Position numbers and translations under genes: made by a program | Source of the DNA: a virus | DNA length: 64,000 nt | Virus record (IMG/VR): IMGVR_UViG_3300020579_000006 | Location: 1 to 64,000 of that record | Direction: 5' to 3' (one strand) | Notes under the pieces: model-generated | The model's input: only the letters and a program-made list of their open reading frames with translations | What the model was told of the DNA's origin: nothing | The model's database searches: none | Shown: piece by piece, positions 17,981 through 28,659 of the stretch | Position numbering within the stretch: the stretch's first letter is position 1 | How the letters are laid out: every line of letters begins with the position of its first letter

Positions 17981-19635
17981 TTGGCTGCCTCCTTTACTTT
18001 AGCTTTCTTCTTTCTTGGCCACAAAGCTTTGTAAACTTCATCAATGTAAGATTCTTGTTGGGCAGTTTCTATCGCTTCTTTGCAATAATGCCGCCATATC
18101 CAGTTTTTGGCATCTACGGGTTTCCAGCCACAAGCTACCAGCAAACAAGCTACGGCAGTACCGGTACGCCCATGACCACCCATACAAAAAGTAAGCATCT
18201 TAGACTTAGTGCTTGATAGATGGTTTTTCAAATCCGTCCAAAAATGTGGGTCAATTACGGGTACACCTTGGTCCGGCCAGTCAAGCATAATTTCTTTTGT
18301 TTGCTGATTAGTATACTTTTGTGCCCATTTGAACGGGATTTCATGCTGCGGGACTGTCGCTAACCCGTTGGAAACATTGAGGATAACGTCAAATTTGAAT
18401 ACGTGGGCGGTACAGTCGTTTTTAGTGCCCGCCCAAACCTCCCAGTGCTTGCCGTCGATTACTTTCTGGGGTTTATGCCAACAATTGGAATAAAGTGTCC
18501 CAGAACCGCCGTAACTGCCGCCAATAGGGGTTTTAGGAACCGTTCCAGATGTGTTCGAGTACACACTCAAACCCGGTACATCTGAAACCCCGTTTTTCTT
18601 TTTCCACTCGTTAATTCGCTTTTGGACTTCTTCCGGGGTCATGGTACCGGTATTACCAATCTGTTTCAAAGCCTCTTGGTTTACTACTCTGGCATCTTCG
18701 CTATAGTCTTTAGGTGTGTATTTTTTACACGTTGAAACCCATCTTACTATTTCGTGTTCTTCAACCCGTTCTAGACACTCTGCGCAAGAATCGCCTTCTT
18801 CATCATCCCAATGACTGTCACAAGAATGCCCACAAACACAGTCAGGTTTAAATCTCTCCTCATTTTCAAGTTCTTCCTGCCACTTTTTTAGAGTAGGTCC
18901 GGTTTTTGGGGTACTTTCTACTCCATTCGGCCAAACCGGACAATCTTTTCCATGTTTAATCGAATTTACGGCAAGTACCTCAAATACACATTTAGTACAG
19001 GAAAGTTCAGTTTCCGGACTTTTTTCTTTAAGCAGCCTACAGTCACATTTATCACATTCGTTTTTAAAATATTTGTGAGTAACTTGACTATGGCCACACT
19101 CGCAAATTCTAAAAACGTTAAGATTTGAAGTAGGCTCTTTAAATTCTTTACAAGGACAACTCGCACCAACCCGGCATTCACCATGACCGCCAAGATGGTT
19201 TGCTTTGTAATGGCTACACTCGCAAACCGCAGTCGGAGCCGCTATTTTCTTAATTTCAGACATCTTTAGTTCAAATTTCTGACAATTACACTCTTTTCCA
19301 CGACAGGCTTTACAGTAATCATTATGCCAAGCTATGTCGTGACCGCAAGTACATTCTGCGAGTTTTCGGTCTACCATTTTTGGAGTTTCTCCGGTTTTCC
19401 AGCTTTTACAGGATTGTCCGCAAACCGGACACGGTAACAAACTTTCAGGAGTTACGACCGTACCGCCAACAATAGCATGTACTTCCCAAGCGTGTCCACA
19501 AGGACACAATCCTTCCCGATATTTTTGGCAGCCACAGACTTTGCCATCGTTTCCGGTTACTTGGACGCAAAAACTCGTACCCCAAGCATGACTGCCGTAA
19601 CTATGACCGCAAAGACAATTCGGTTTATCCGACAT
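17977..19635 (-). CDS. multi-Zn-finger repeat protein with C-terminal PTP/dual-specificity phosphatase domain
   Basis: Six CxC[GS]HxxxxH repeats; CX5R loop FCMGGHGRTG; WPD; 'AIETAQQ'. Confidence 0.8.
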   Translation of the reverse strand: MSDKPNCLCGHSYGSHAWGTSFCVQVTGNDGKVCGCQKYREGLCPCGHAWEVHAIVGGTVVTPESLLPCPVCGQSCKSWKTGETPKMVDRKLAECTCGHDIAWHNDYCKACRGKECNCQKFELKMSEIKKIAAPTAVCECSHYKANHLGGHGECRVGASCPCKEFKEPTSNLNVFRICECGHSQVTHKYFKNECDKCDCRLLKEKSPETELSCTKCVFEVLAVNSIKHGKDCPVWPNGVESTPKTGPTLKKWQEELENEERFKPDCVCGHSCDSHWDDEEGDSCAECLERVEEHEIVRWVSTCKKYTPKDYSEDARVVNQEALKQIGNTGTMTPEEVQKRINEWKKKNGVSDVPGLSVYSNTSGTVPKTPIGGSYGGSGTLYSNCWHKPQKVIDGKHWEVWAGTKNDCTAHVFKFDVILNVSNGLATVPQHEIPFKWAQKYTNQQTKEIMLDWPDQGVPVIDPHFWTDLKNHLSSTKSKMLTFCMGGHGRTGTAVACLLVACGWKPVDAKNWIWRHYCKEAIETAQQESYIDEVYKALWPRKKKAKVKEAAK

Positions 19636-19802
19636 GTTAATACCAGTGCTCCGTAAGTTTATTTACGAGTTTTCTTATTTCGTTATTTATTAAAACTTCC
19701 GCGTAAGAAAAATTGTCCTGCCATCTCTGACCAATCTCAAAAACTTCTTTGGCGGTATCGTCTATGTCTCTTTCCCAATCCGGTTCAACCGGTATTAACA
19801 TG

Positions 19803-22235
19803 CTATTTATCATAAGGTTTCTCTTCGAGTTCTAGAAGTTTGAAAGATTGTTGAGTTTCTGCGTTTATTAGACACCAACCAATATCATCAAATCGGTAAA
19901 GTTTAGTATACATCTTTTCAGAACCCGATAAACTCTTTGCTTTCTCACCGTACTCAATCAAGTCAAGTACGAGTTTTCCATTTTCCGGACTAACCGGTAC
20001 ATCCTTAGTGAAATATTCTGGTACGTTTATTCCATCAGATTTCCACTGAACGTGAACCGAGTTTAACCCGCTATGGAAAAAAGCTTGAGCGTAATTTACG
20101 GGTTGTGGTTTCTTGAGTTTTCTCTTGTTTCTGGTGCTTTGTTTTGCAGCTTCGCAACTCGAACAATTACAATCTTCGTGTTCTGGTTCTTCCTCCTCGG
20201 CTACTACTCCACCGGTTCCTAGATTCTCAGGAATCGCTAAAGCATGACGTTTCCAGAACGTTCTAGCCGCTGATTTCAGACTTTCAGTGTCTGTAAGAAT
20301 AGTCTGATACAATTCAGACGCGCATTTTACGCTGGCTGAAACCGGGTGTTTTGCGGTTTTATCGAGTGTATCTTCGTTAATAAACTTGTTAAAACCCCAT
20401 CCGTTATTGTGAACAGAGTGTACTAACTGATTAAGAGATTCAAGAGCTACAACGCCGTTTTTATTTACTAAAGCGTTATACATATTGACAGCGTTAACAG
20501 CAAACTTGTACCAAGACCTGCCGCCGAATGAACCTGACGGCCATTTATTACCATTTAAGAACAAATCTACTACTTGCATGAATTTCAAACGGGTGTATTG
20601 CGTATCGGTTTTCTTCCAAGCTTTTTCATAAACTTGGTCTCTTCCGGCCTTACTTCGGCGGTAACTACCGCCTCGATAATGACGGGCTTCGCCAAGAGAA
20701 GCAATTACGGTCAGTCTCCAGCCGCAACCCATCGCCAATCCAAGTAACAAATCGAATTTTCCACGCCAAACCGCTACGTGGTGACAACCCGCCAGCATAA
20801 TGTGAGTCGCGGTTTCGTAAGTCAGCGGCATGTTGCAAGCAAGGGCAAAACCGGCTCTCAGGGCCTGAATATCAATTTCATTTTCTTTCGTTTGGGTTGG
20901 TTCGAGGATTTGTCCAGTTTCCGGATGTTTGCTGATTAAAACCGGCACTTTATTAAGAACAGCATGAATCGCATAGTGAGACGCCAAACTTCCCCCAACA
21001 TGGTCTACGACCGTATTTGGAGGCACATGCTTCATTTTTTCTTCCCATTCCAGTAAATCGCCCTCAGCCACAATAATATTCTGAATTACGAGTTTTTCTG
21101 GAATATAGTCGGTTTCAGATGGGAGAATAGGTCCGTCTCTTAATTGTACATACTGAAGAGTAAAATCGTCTGAATGTGAGTATTGTTTATTCCAGAGTAA
21201 CTCAACGTAAGGTGCATTTTGAATATTCGCTTTTTCTTTCAGAAAAAGCGCGTTACTTTTACCTGCAACACTTTCGAGCAAATCGCCTAAAGCCGGTATC
21301 GTTATAGCGGTTTTTCCAGCCGTGGCACCGTCGTTTCCCAATCCAATAGCCAAGTGTCCGGGGGTCCATATTCCGGAAAAACTCGCATTAATAAAAGGCA
21401 TAGTTACAAATTCAGCATCCGGGTCTGCCGCCAGTGTTTCTTTAATAATAATTTCAGCTTCTTCGAGTGTCTGAATCTTGCGGGAATCCACAAATCCGTG
21501 TCTCGGTCGCATCGGGCACGGTCTCACAAATTGATTAAGTAGTACACTTGGCTCTATTCCTTCTGCATCCCAAATCTTAAAACTCGGAATATTGAAGTAC
21601 GAGTTTCTTAGAGCCAGAATACCTTTGGCTTTTTGGGTACGTACTGTCCACCCACCCGCTATTTTTTCCTTAGTTACCACTTTTGCTCCAACTTTTCTGA
21701 CCGGCGGTTTTTCTGCACAGAGTATTTCTTGTTCTGTAGTTCCGTAAGAGTGTTGAGTCCACCCCTCGCTAATCCACTTTTCCATGTGGTTTTCACATGC
21801 AAATTTTACGTTGTAACCGTCTAAACTTGGAATATTCAGTTTAAAAACGGTACCCCAATGTAATAAAGTACCATCAATCCCTCCGAAACCCCCGTCTGAA
21901 CAAAACCAATACTGGTTTTCTTTGTCTTTGTGTAGATGAGGGTCTTCGTATTTTTGGATATTTGGGTTTGTTTCAGGTTTTTCAAAAAGTCCGGAAAACG
22001 GACGAACCGAGTTTTTAGGATACAGGTCTCCGTGGTATTTACAAAGCGGATTACCCCAACCTTTTTTGAATATACCATCATTGTTAGTGCCTGCGGCGTT
22101 GTAATCATAAAAAATCCCGTCTGAACAAGGCCCGTACCTATCATTCCATCCTTTTTTAACAAAAAGGCACACGAGTTCAGTTTCCGGATTCTCGCTCATT
22201 TCGGGTTTTTTAGCTGGACAACTCGTATATTTCAT
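19803..22235 (-). CDS. PEP-utiliser-like enzyme (ATP-grasp-like region plus phospho-His mobile domain)
   Basis: 'FVRPCPMRPRHGFVDSR', 'YVQLRDGP', 'GGSLASHYAIHAVLNKVPVL' resembling GG.TSHAAI.AR..GIP. Confidence 0.65.
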   Translation of the reverse strand: MKYTSCPAKKPEMSENPETELVCLFVKKGWNDRYGPCSDGIFYDYNAAGTNNDGIFKKGWGNPLCKYHGDLYPKNSVRPFSGLFEKPETNPNIQKYEDPHLHKDKENQYWFCSDGGFGGIDGTLLHWGTVFKLNIPSLDGYNVKFACENHMEKWISEGWTQHSYGTTEQEILCAEKPPVRKVGAKVVTKEKIAGGWTVRTQKAKGILALRNSYFNIPSFKIWDAEGIEPSVLLNQFVRPCPMRPRHGFVDSRKIQTLEEAEIIIKETLAADPDAEFVTMPFINASFSGIWTPGHLAIGLGNDGATAGKTAITIPALGDLLESVAGKSNALFLKEKANIQNAPYVELLWNKQYSHSDDFTLQYVQLRDGPILPSETDYIPEKLVIQNIIVAEGDLLEWEEKMKHVPPNTVVDHVGGSLASHYAIHAVLNKVPVLISKHPETGQILEPTQTKENEIDIQALRAGFALACNMPLTYETATHIMLAGCHHVAVWRGKFDLLLGLAMGCGWRLTVIASLGEARHYRGGSYRRSKAGRDQVYEKAWKKTDTQYTRLKFMQVVDLFLNGNKWPSGSFGGRSWYKFAVNAVNMYNALVNKNGVVALESLNQLVHSVHNNGWGFNKFINEDTLDKTAKHPVSASVKCASELYQTILTDTESLKSAARTFWKRHALAIPENLGTGGVVAEEEEPEHEDCNCSSCEAAKQSTRNKRKLKKPQPVNYAQAFFHSGLNSVHVQWKSDGINVPEYFTKDVPVSPENGKLVLDLIEYGEKAKSLSGSEKMYTKLYRFDDIGWCLINAETQQSFKLLELEEKPYDK

Positions 22236-22239
22236 TATT

Positions 22240-22680
22240 CCTCTTTATTACGGGTTTTCCGGAAACTGTACAATCTGTCCGGAAAATGAACAAAAACACT
22301 CAAAAACCCGAAAGAATCCCTGACCGCCAAACTGCTAAGTGCTATCGAATCAACATATTAAGGACAAGTGGACAGTGTAAAAATTGCACGGTACTCAAAA
22401 GTGAACAGTATCAAACTTTTAAGTCGTTTAGAATCAACAACTTGAAAGCAAAGTTGCACCAAAATAGTGCAAAATCAGGGGTTCGCTGTGTAATATTATG
22501 GGGATGTAAAAAGTTTCCATACCGATTTTCAGGCACGGCGCGTTCAAACCCTCAAACCCATGAATGTCCAAGGATTTCGCCGTCCTGCTATTAAAGCAAA
22601 ATAGTGCCTGTAAAATCCCTTAAAATCCGGAAAATGGACAAATATGATTGTTTATTTGGTAACCAACAAAATAGGCGTTG
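22240..22680. promoter_or_regulatory. non-coding control region with IHF-like sites and 15-bp motifs (attP/origin/promoter candidate)
   Basis: AATCAACATATTA 22348-22360 and AATCAACAACTTG 22432-22444 match WATCAANNNNTTR; 15-bp motifs at 22257, 22277, 22625. Confidence 0.5.
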
Positions 22681-22897
22681 TATTGCGGCGTCCTGGGAAC
22701 GGAGTATGCCGTAGCCGACACAAATCGTAAGAAGTTACTCCGTCTAATTATCGCGGGTGCTGAAAGCACCGTAGAACCACGCCAAAAACTCGAATTTCTC
22801 AGATTAGGGGTGTTACTACTTGGTATTAAACTCCCTAAAAACCTGACTGAAATACCAGAGGACATGCAGAAACTTTTGGGTTTATAGGGGTTTTTGT

Positions 22898-23281
22898 TCA
22901 GTTTCCGGACTTTTTAATCAGTTTTGATTCTATACCACAAAGTAATTGACCTGCTTTGCAAAGTCCTTCATGTTCTTCGCCAGTTCCTTGCCAGTCAAGT
23001 AAATGATACTTTGCCCCTCGAATCCAGTCTAAGGGACTTTGTACTAACCAACCGTTTTTGATTTTTCGATTTCTTATTAAAGATGTTCTAACATACTGTA
23101 GGGCGATAGATACTAAAGCGTTACCAACTTCTTGTAACTGTTCTTCGGAGTAAGAAGCATCGGCAGCGGCGCGAAAAAGCTTTTTAGCTTCTTGAGTATC
23201 TTGTAGGTTATTATCTTCTAACATGCGTTCATAATAACCCAACATAAAATTCCATTTTCCTAAACCCGTTTCTTTTTTCAT
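22898..23281 (-). CDS. hypothetical protein
   Basis: 127-aa ORF ending within a 15-bp motif. Confidence 0.55.
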   Translation of the reverse strand: MKKETGLGKWNFMLGYYERMLEDNNLQDTQEAKKLFRAAADASYSEEQLQEVGNALVSIALQYVRTSLIRNRKIKNGWLVQSPLDWIRGAKYHLLDWQGTGEEHEGLCKAGQLLCGIESKLIKKSGN

Positions 23282-23719
23282 GACGGTTCACCAAATTCTA
23301 ACTCCTTTACGAGTTTTCTGCAATCTAAGATTGCTAGATTAATACACTCCCATTCGTGCTGTTCGTGCCGGTTAAAACCAAGAGAAACCCGTCTTAATAC
23401 GAGTTCCAGAATGATATTTTCGAGTTTCTGAATACCGGTTTCTTTCATTAAATCCTTATTCAGTTTCCGGACTTTTGCGAGTTTTTACGTAAATCCGCCA
23501 CTCGCTACCAAAAGCAAGTTTGTATTCTTTTCGCAAATAATCAGCATCTTCCTTTGTTTCGGCGGAGTCAATTTCTTCCGGGTCATCTAGACGATATTGG
23601 CCCCAAATAACATATTTCACGACCGTTCCTCCTAGATGCACTATCCCGCCCACTAATTATTACGAGTTTTTATGATAATGGGCGGACTATTGAATCCAGA
23701 AAACCCGAACTAAAACTAA

Positions 23720-23938
23720 CTACTCCTGAGAATTCACCAATGGGTCAAGATGAGTTTGTAGATTCTCCCAAGGCTTTGGCTGAATTGCTGGTTTTTCAGA
23801 ACAATTCCCGCAAATTTCTTCTTCGAATTGTTTCATGGTTTCATCATCGGGAAATTCTACTTCGCCATCGCTTTCCAGAAAGTCCATGAAATCGTTGTCA
23901 TTCATTTTGACTAATTCAGCAATTGACTTGTTTTCCAT
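23720..23938 (-). CDS. small acidic protein
   Basis: AAGGA RBS preceded by a 15-bp motif; D/E-rich. Confidence 0.55.
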   Translation of the reverse strand: MENKSIAELVKMNDNDFMDFLESDGEVEFPDDETMKQFEEEICGNCSEKPAIQPKPWENLQTHLDPLVNSQE

Positions 23939-24097
23939 AGTTTCATCCTTTGTCCGGAAACCGGACTGTTTGGAATAACTTCAACAAAACCTGTCGGGCG
24001 GCCATATTAATTGACTGCCAGTATGCGGCAATAAAAGCTATATTGTCGGGACGAAACAAACCGTGCTGGCTGCAAAAGAAAAACTCGTAGATAAAAC

Positions 24098-24280
24098 TCA
24101 GCATTGTTCAGTTTCCGGACTTTCGTAAACCACCCAATGATGTACATGTGTTAGTGGCAAGTAAAAAATTTCGTTTTGTGAAGTAACTTCTAAAACATCT
24201 GTCTCAGTTTTGCACGAAATAACGTTTTCAATCTTCACTCTTTCAAAATCATCGGTAAAATACACGAAAACCGTTTTCAT
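24098..24280 (-). CDS. hypothetical protein
   Basis: ATG (MKTVF) with GAGGTG RBS. Confidence 0.5.
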   Translation of the reverse strand: MKTVFVYFTDDFERVKIENVISCKTETDVLEVTSQNEIFYLPLTHVHHWVVYESPETEQC

Positions 24281-24395
24281 AGCTGTCACCTCAAAGTCAA
24301 ACAATACAAGATTATTCCGCTGATTAAGAAAAACCCGAAAAGAATCTTCAGACACAAATTAGCGGTTTTATGCGCTCGAACTAAGTACGGGTTTT

Positions 24396-24854
24396 TCATT
24401 TCAGACGGTTCAATTCCCACGTTATCTCCAAGTCTTTTATAGAGATAAATTCGTCTTCGTACCAACGCATGTTTTTGATACAAAAAACTCCCAGTAACTT
24501 TGCATCCGGCGCAAATTTTTTAACTTCATCGTAAATGACTTTAGTAGTATGACCAGTATCTACTCGGTCATCTACGATAACATATTTCTTCGCGGCTCTG
24601 TCTCCTTCTACTTTCATACAACTGTGGGTTTTTCCTTCTTTGTCCGGTTTCCGGACCATGATTAAAGTTTTATTGAGCGCTAATGCCAGCGGGGGAGCTA
24701 TTAAAGCTCCACTCATTCCGCGAAAAGCTATGGCGTCAAACTCGTACTTTTTCAGTTCTTTCTTCGCGAGTCTGACTGATTTTCTTAATTCAGCCGTAGG
24801 TAAGAGATAATTCAGATAACCCGCATGGTCATATTCGGGTTTATGATTACTCAT
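24396..24854 (-). CDS. type I phosphoribosyltransferase
   Basis: 'DAIAFRGMSG...LALAL' and PRPP loop 'VIVDDRVDTGHT'. Confidence 0.85.
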   Translation of the reverse strand: MSNHKPEYDHAGYLNYLLPTAELRKSVRLAKKELKKYEFDAIAFRGMSGALIAPPLALALNKTLIMVRKPDKEGKTHSCMKVEGDRAAKKYVIVDDRVDTGHTTKVIYDEVKKFAPDAKLLGVFCIKNMRWYEDEFISIKDLEITWELNRLK

Positions 24855-25118
24855 TGTTAACCTCGAATTTAATGTTCGGAAACCGGATTAAACCCCCGCT
24901 GCTTTCGCCCATTTTTTAGCGGGCGTTTCAACCCGTTTTACCTTGACTGCCTCTCTAAGTTGTTGTAAAGAATAAGTTTGTTCCATAGCGCCGAATGTTT
25001 CGAGTTTTTTGTCCCATTGTAGCGGAGAGTTAGATTTAGGCGCGAACAGTAAAATTTTGAACATATAGGCTCCTACTAGTGTCCAGAATTGTTTCTGGAC
25101 ACGGATTGAAGTCTATTT

Positions 25119-25805
25119 TTAGTAATGGATTGCTTCTGCTTTTGTAATAAAGAAGTGAATACCGCCGGAACAAACATTAAAACGGTCCTCATCCCATTTG
25201 TCACAGGTTACTGTTTCGCCAACCCGATAAAGAGTAATTCCATCGTGTTGGCTTATTCCTTCGGTTGCGCCGATAACTTCGAGTACTTGAACATGCGAAG
25301 CTCGGCACTTGCGTTCCATCCCATTTGACCGTTTTGCATCTTCTGGAATAAGAACTCGTACTAAAACGTTGTTTCTGCATTTCTTCCAGCCAGTAAATGC
25401 GCCATGTTCTGGAACAATGTTTAGTTTAGCTAAAACTAGGTCAGTCAGTCCTAAAGCGCCTCGCAAGTCAGCGCGCAAGTCAGCGCCTTGCAAGTAAGCG
25501 CCTCGCAAGTAAGCGCCTCGCAAGTAAGCGCCTCGCAAGTCAGCGCCTCGCAAGTCAGCGCGCAAGTCAGCGCCTTGCAAGTAAGCGCCTTGCAAGTAAG
25601 CGTCTCGCAAGTCAGCGCCTCGCAAGTCAGCGCCTCGCAAGTCAGCGCATCGCAAGTCAGCGCCTTGCAAGTAAGCGCCTTGCAAGTAAGCGCCTCGCAA
25701 GTCAGTTTTAACTTTTACGGCGGCTAAAATCAATGCAGAAAAGCTAGTAGCTTCATCTGCAAGGATAGTAACCCCTGTATAGTAGTTTTTTATTTCATAT
25801 TTCAT
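25119..25805 (-). CDS. pentapeptide-repeat protein with DUF5758-like C-terminus
   Basis: A(D/Y)L(R/Q)G repeats; 'GWKK...IPEDAKRSN...KCRAS...CSGGIHFFIT'. Confidence 0.9.
   Translation of the reverse strand: MKYEIKNYYTGVTILADEATSFSALILAAVKVKTDLRGAYLQGAYLQGADLRCADLRGADLRGADLRDAYLQGAYLQGADLRADLRGADLRGAYLRGAYLRGAYLQGADLRADLRGALGLTDLVLAKLNIVPEHGAFTGWKKCRNNVLVRVLIPEDAKRSNGMERKCRASHVQVLEVIGATEGISQHDGITLYRVGETVTCDKWDEDRFNVCSGGIHFFITKAEAIHY
25455..25707. repeat. 15-bp tandem repeats encoding the pentapeptide units
   Basis: Units like CAAGT(C/A)AGCGCCT(C/T)G. Confidence 0.9.
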
Positions 25806-26775
25806 GTTTATTCCTTTCGGGTTTTACCCGGTCTATCTTAGAAACCTGAAGTAAACAGAGTTTTCACAATAACAAGAAACACCTTGAGTATAATCATCGG
25901 GTTTTCTCCCTTTGTACGGAAAGTGAATTCGCTGAATGGAATCGAACCATTGCCGTCTGTCTAATTCTGTGATAATAGACAGACATTCCCTCCCACTCAC
26001 TCACAGTTAAGTTTGAGTCAGCGAACAAGTCGGGTTTATCGTGGAGCGCGAGAAGTTTAGCGCGAATTAGCATCTTCATTACCACAGAATAAACCCGTAG
26101 CAATCCCCTGTCTCCAAGAGATTGCGACTGACTTACTCACGCCTTGGAAGATTACTTGTAGTCCAAAACCCGCCATTCACCGTTCTTACCCACGATGTAA
26201 CGACGGTCACTGCAAACGATTATTGTTCCGGGTTCATACACAGGCTATCTCCTTTGTTTAGAGTGAGTTACAACGCTTTCCGGGCATGGCGACACCTAAG
26301 ACAACGCCACCATTTACCCTCTGCAAACTCGAACTTCCGCTGCTTACTACACGACGGACAGAATAGCCAGCGAATCATGGTTTCACCCCATTAACTGACT
26401 GACAGCCAAGATTATGGCCGTTGAGATTAGCAATAACCCGACAAGCATGGAAGCATCGAGTATTGCTGAGAGTAGTTCTTCCGGGTTTATCACAAGTTTA
26501 CCTCGTTCAGTTACCGGACTTTAATTCTCCAACATGGTCTATTTCAAAGTCTCCCGGTTCGAGCGTAGTCCAATCGTCCGAGTTTTTGGCAAGCTCCTCA
26601 GCCTCTTCTGAGCTATTAGCTTGCACGTCAATAAACTCGACGTGAGACACTATGGCCTGAACCCGATAAGTTTTCATGACTGTCTCCTATAAACCCTTAT
26701 CAAAGCGTATCTGAGGAACTACCGGGCAAGGTAGCGATACGCTTGGGAAGGATTTATGGCCGGAACGACTGAAGA

Positions 26776-26985
26776 TTAATCTTGTGTATCGTCTGTGGAA
26801 AGTTTGATTATGGGTTCACCTTGAGCATAGCCCAAGACTTCCATCCAAGAACCATAATCTAACCCCTCAGACTTGCAACGATTGCAGGGTCGGCTACAAA
26901 AAGAAGAAGTTAATTCTTTGGTCTGGTCCGGTTGTTTATCTGACTGTCTGTGTCCACACTCTTGACAGGTTCTAATCCAAGTCAT
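26776..26985 (-). CDS. small Zn-ribbon early protein
   Basis: MTWIRTCQECGH...CNRCKSEGLDYGS. Confidence 0.6.
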   Translation of the reverse strand: MTWIRTCQECGHRQSDKQPDQTKELTSSFCSRPCNRCKSEGLDYGSWMEVLGYAQGEPIIKLSTDDTQD

Positions 26986-27247
26986 TGTGACACGCTCCAA
27001 AGGGTTACAGAATAAACCCAAGCAGAGGGACTGACTAAGGCCAATCCCCTAGCTTGGAGTTACTCTCCTTACTTATTCCCGGACTTATTCCCGGTTTTCT
27101 TGGCGTCTGCCTTTTGAGTAGCTTTGGCAATCGCCCGTAGTTCAAACCACGTTTCCTTGGGTACAACTCAAACTACAGTCATAGTCTTGGTCTCCTCAGT
27201 GTCCGCTTAACGGACAGACAGGGGATTTATTCCCCTGTTTCGACCTG

Positions 27248-27523
27248 TTATTCCTTGACCGGCTTGACTGACAGCTTGGAGCGATTCGCTTCGATGAATG
27301 CCTTGAGGTTAGAGTAGTTCTCGCCCCAAATCTCCATGAGCTTTTCGGCTTGAGACACGTACAACGTGACCGGAAACCGGCCAATGCCATAGGTCGAGAT
27401 AGCGCCCTTGTCGGAGACCTTGAGTCCGCCGTTGGTACGCTTTGACTGACTTGCTTCAAGCTCTGCAATCCTCGCCAGCAATTGCTCGCGAGTCAATTCC
27501 GTTGCTTGTGTTCCGGTTTGCAT
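27248..27523 (-). CDS. small conserved protein (KVS.KGA.S.YG.GRFPVTLY), first gene of left arm
   Basis: GAGG RBS; GC-richer codon usage; followed by a hairpin. Confidence 0.7.
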   Translation of the reverse strand: MQTGTQATELTREQLLARIAELEASQSKRTNGGLKVSDKGAISTYGIGRFPVTLYVSQAEKLMEIWGENYSNLKAFIEANRSKLSVKPVKE

Positions 27524-27529
27524 ATAACC

Positions 27530-28655
27530 TCTTTCGTTTCAATGAGATACAGTGTGTTAACACACTGATTTAGATGGGAAAACCCATCGGGACGCCTATC
27601 GGAGTAGCCAGTAGATACACTGACAGTTAAACCCGATAGACGTGATGTTGGGTTCTCATGTTGTTAGCTTCTAACTCCTCGCCCCTAGGTCTAACCTAGG
27701 CTGTGCGGTATGTATCTTTGGCGTATGCGGCTGACTAGCAAGCACACCGATACTCTCCGCTCTCGGACGGCGATTGTCTGCTACAAAACGTGGGCTTAAT
27801 CCGTATTCCGCTTTTCGGCGTCTAGGGTATTCTCGCGTTGGTTCGCGGTACTGTCGGTTCCAACGTTCCCGAATCCCTGTTCTGTCCGTGCTGCCATTTA
27901 GCGCGGCGTTTTGTCCGTCGCATGGTCTCTTCCGGTTACTACATCCGGTCTTTCAATGCCATGCGGCAACCCGACTAGTGCAAACGGAGCGCCAACCCGT
28001 ATGTCGTTGAAAACAAACGGTCATGTGAGTACCAGTACGACATGAAAGTGACACAAAATGTCTTCGCTTTTTTTTCGCTTTTTGTTCGCTTTCACTTGTA
28101 AACACCCTGTTTTCAGCGAGTTAACTGTGACACAAAATGTCAGTACTAGTACAACAAAAAACGTCAAGCGTCTGAAAACAAACGGGTTAGCGATGGCATC
28201 TGAATTGCTCTAACGCGAGTCTTAAACAATGAATTCAGACAGTCATAGACATGGCTGTTGTCTTAATCGTGGGCTTAATCTTACTCGGCATAAACTACTA
28301 AATTTTCTCGCCATATATGATGCAAGAAAAATTTGCAACGTGTTGAAAACAAAAGACTTAGCGCATATTCGCTTTTTGTTCGCTAATTCGTGTTAGTTGA
28401 GTTCATAGCTCAACTAACAATCTAGTATGATGGCTGTAAGTTGTTGATTTTATTGGGGTTAGTAGTAACATTATCAATTTTTCTTCGAGGCCGGGGGTGG
28501 AGAGTCCCTGGGGGGTCGTGTCCAGGAGTAAACTCACCTAGTAAAAACAATCATTCTCTCTACACACTAACTATACCTCGTCTTAATCCCGTCTTAAAAA
28601 CGTCTTAATTCACACTATCTAAAAACTAAGCACGAATAAAATCCATTCTAGGAGC
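27530..28655. promoter_or_regulatory. divergent switch region with LexA-like direct repeats, IHF-like sites and a 15-bp direct repeat
   Basis: TTCGC with 11-bp period at 28063/28074/28085 and 28368/28379; GTGACACAAAATGTC at 28048 and 28127; IHF-like sites at 28111, 28336, 28437. Confidence 0.6.
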
Positions 28656-28659
28656 CAGT

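Noticed and set aside
22480-22512. dif/XerCD-like site (TAATATTATG)
   Set aside because: The XerD arm TTATGTTAAA is not matched.
25488-25727. Plus-strand ORF of VSASQ repeats
   Set aside because: Antisense shadow of the pentapeptide repeat gene.
26711-26740. Hammerhead ribozyme (CTGAGGA followed by a stem)
   Set aside because: The required GAAA is GATA, stem II is not properly closed, and it lies on the strand opposite to local transcription.
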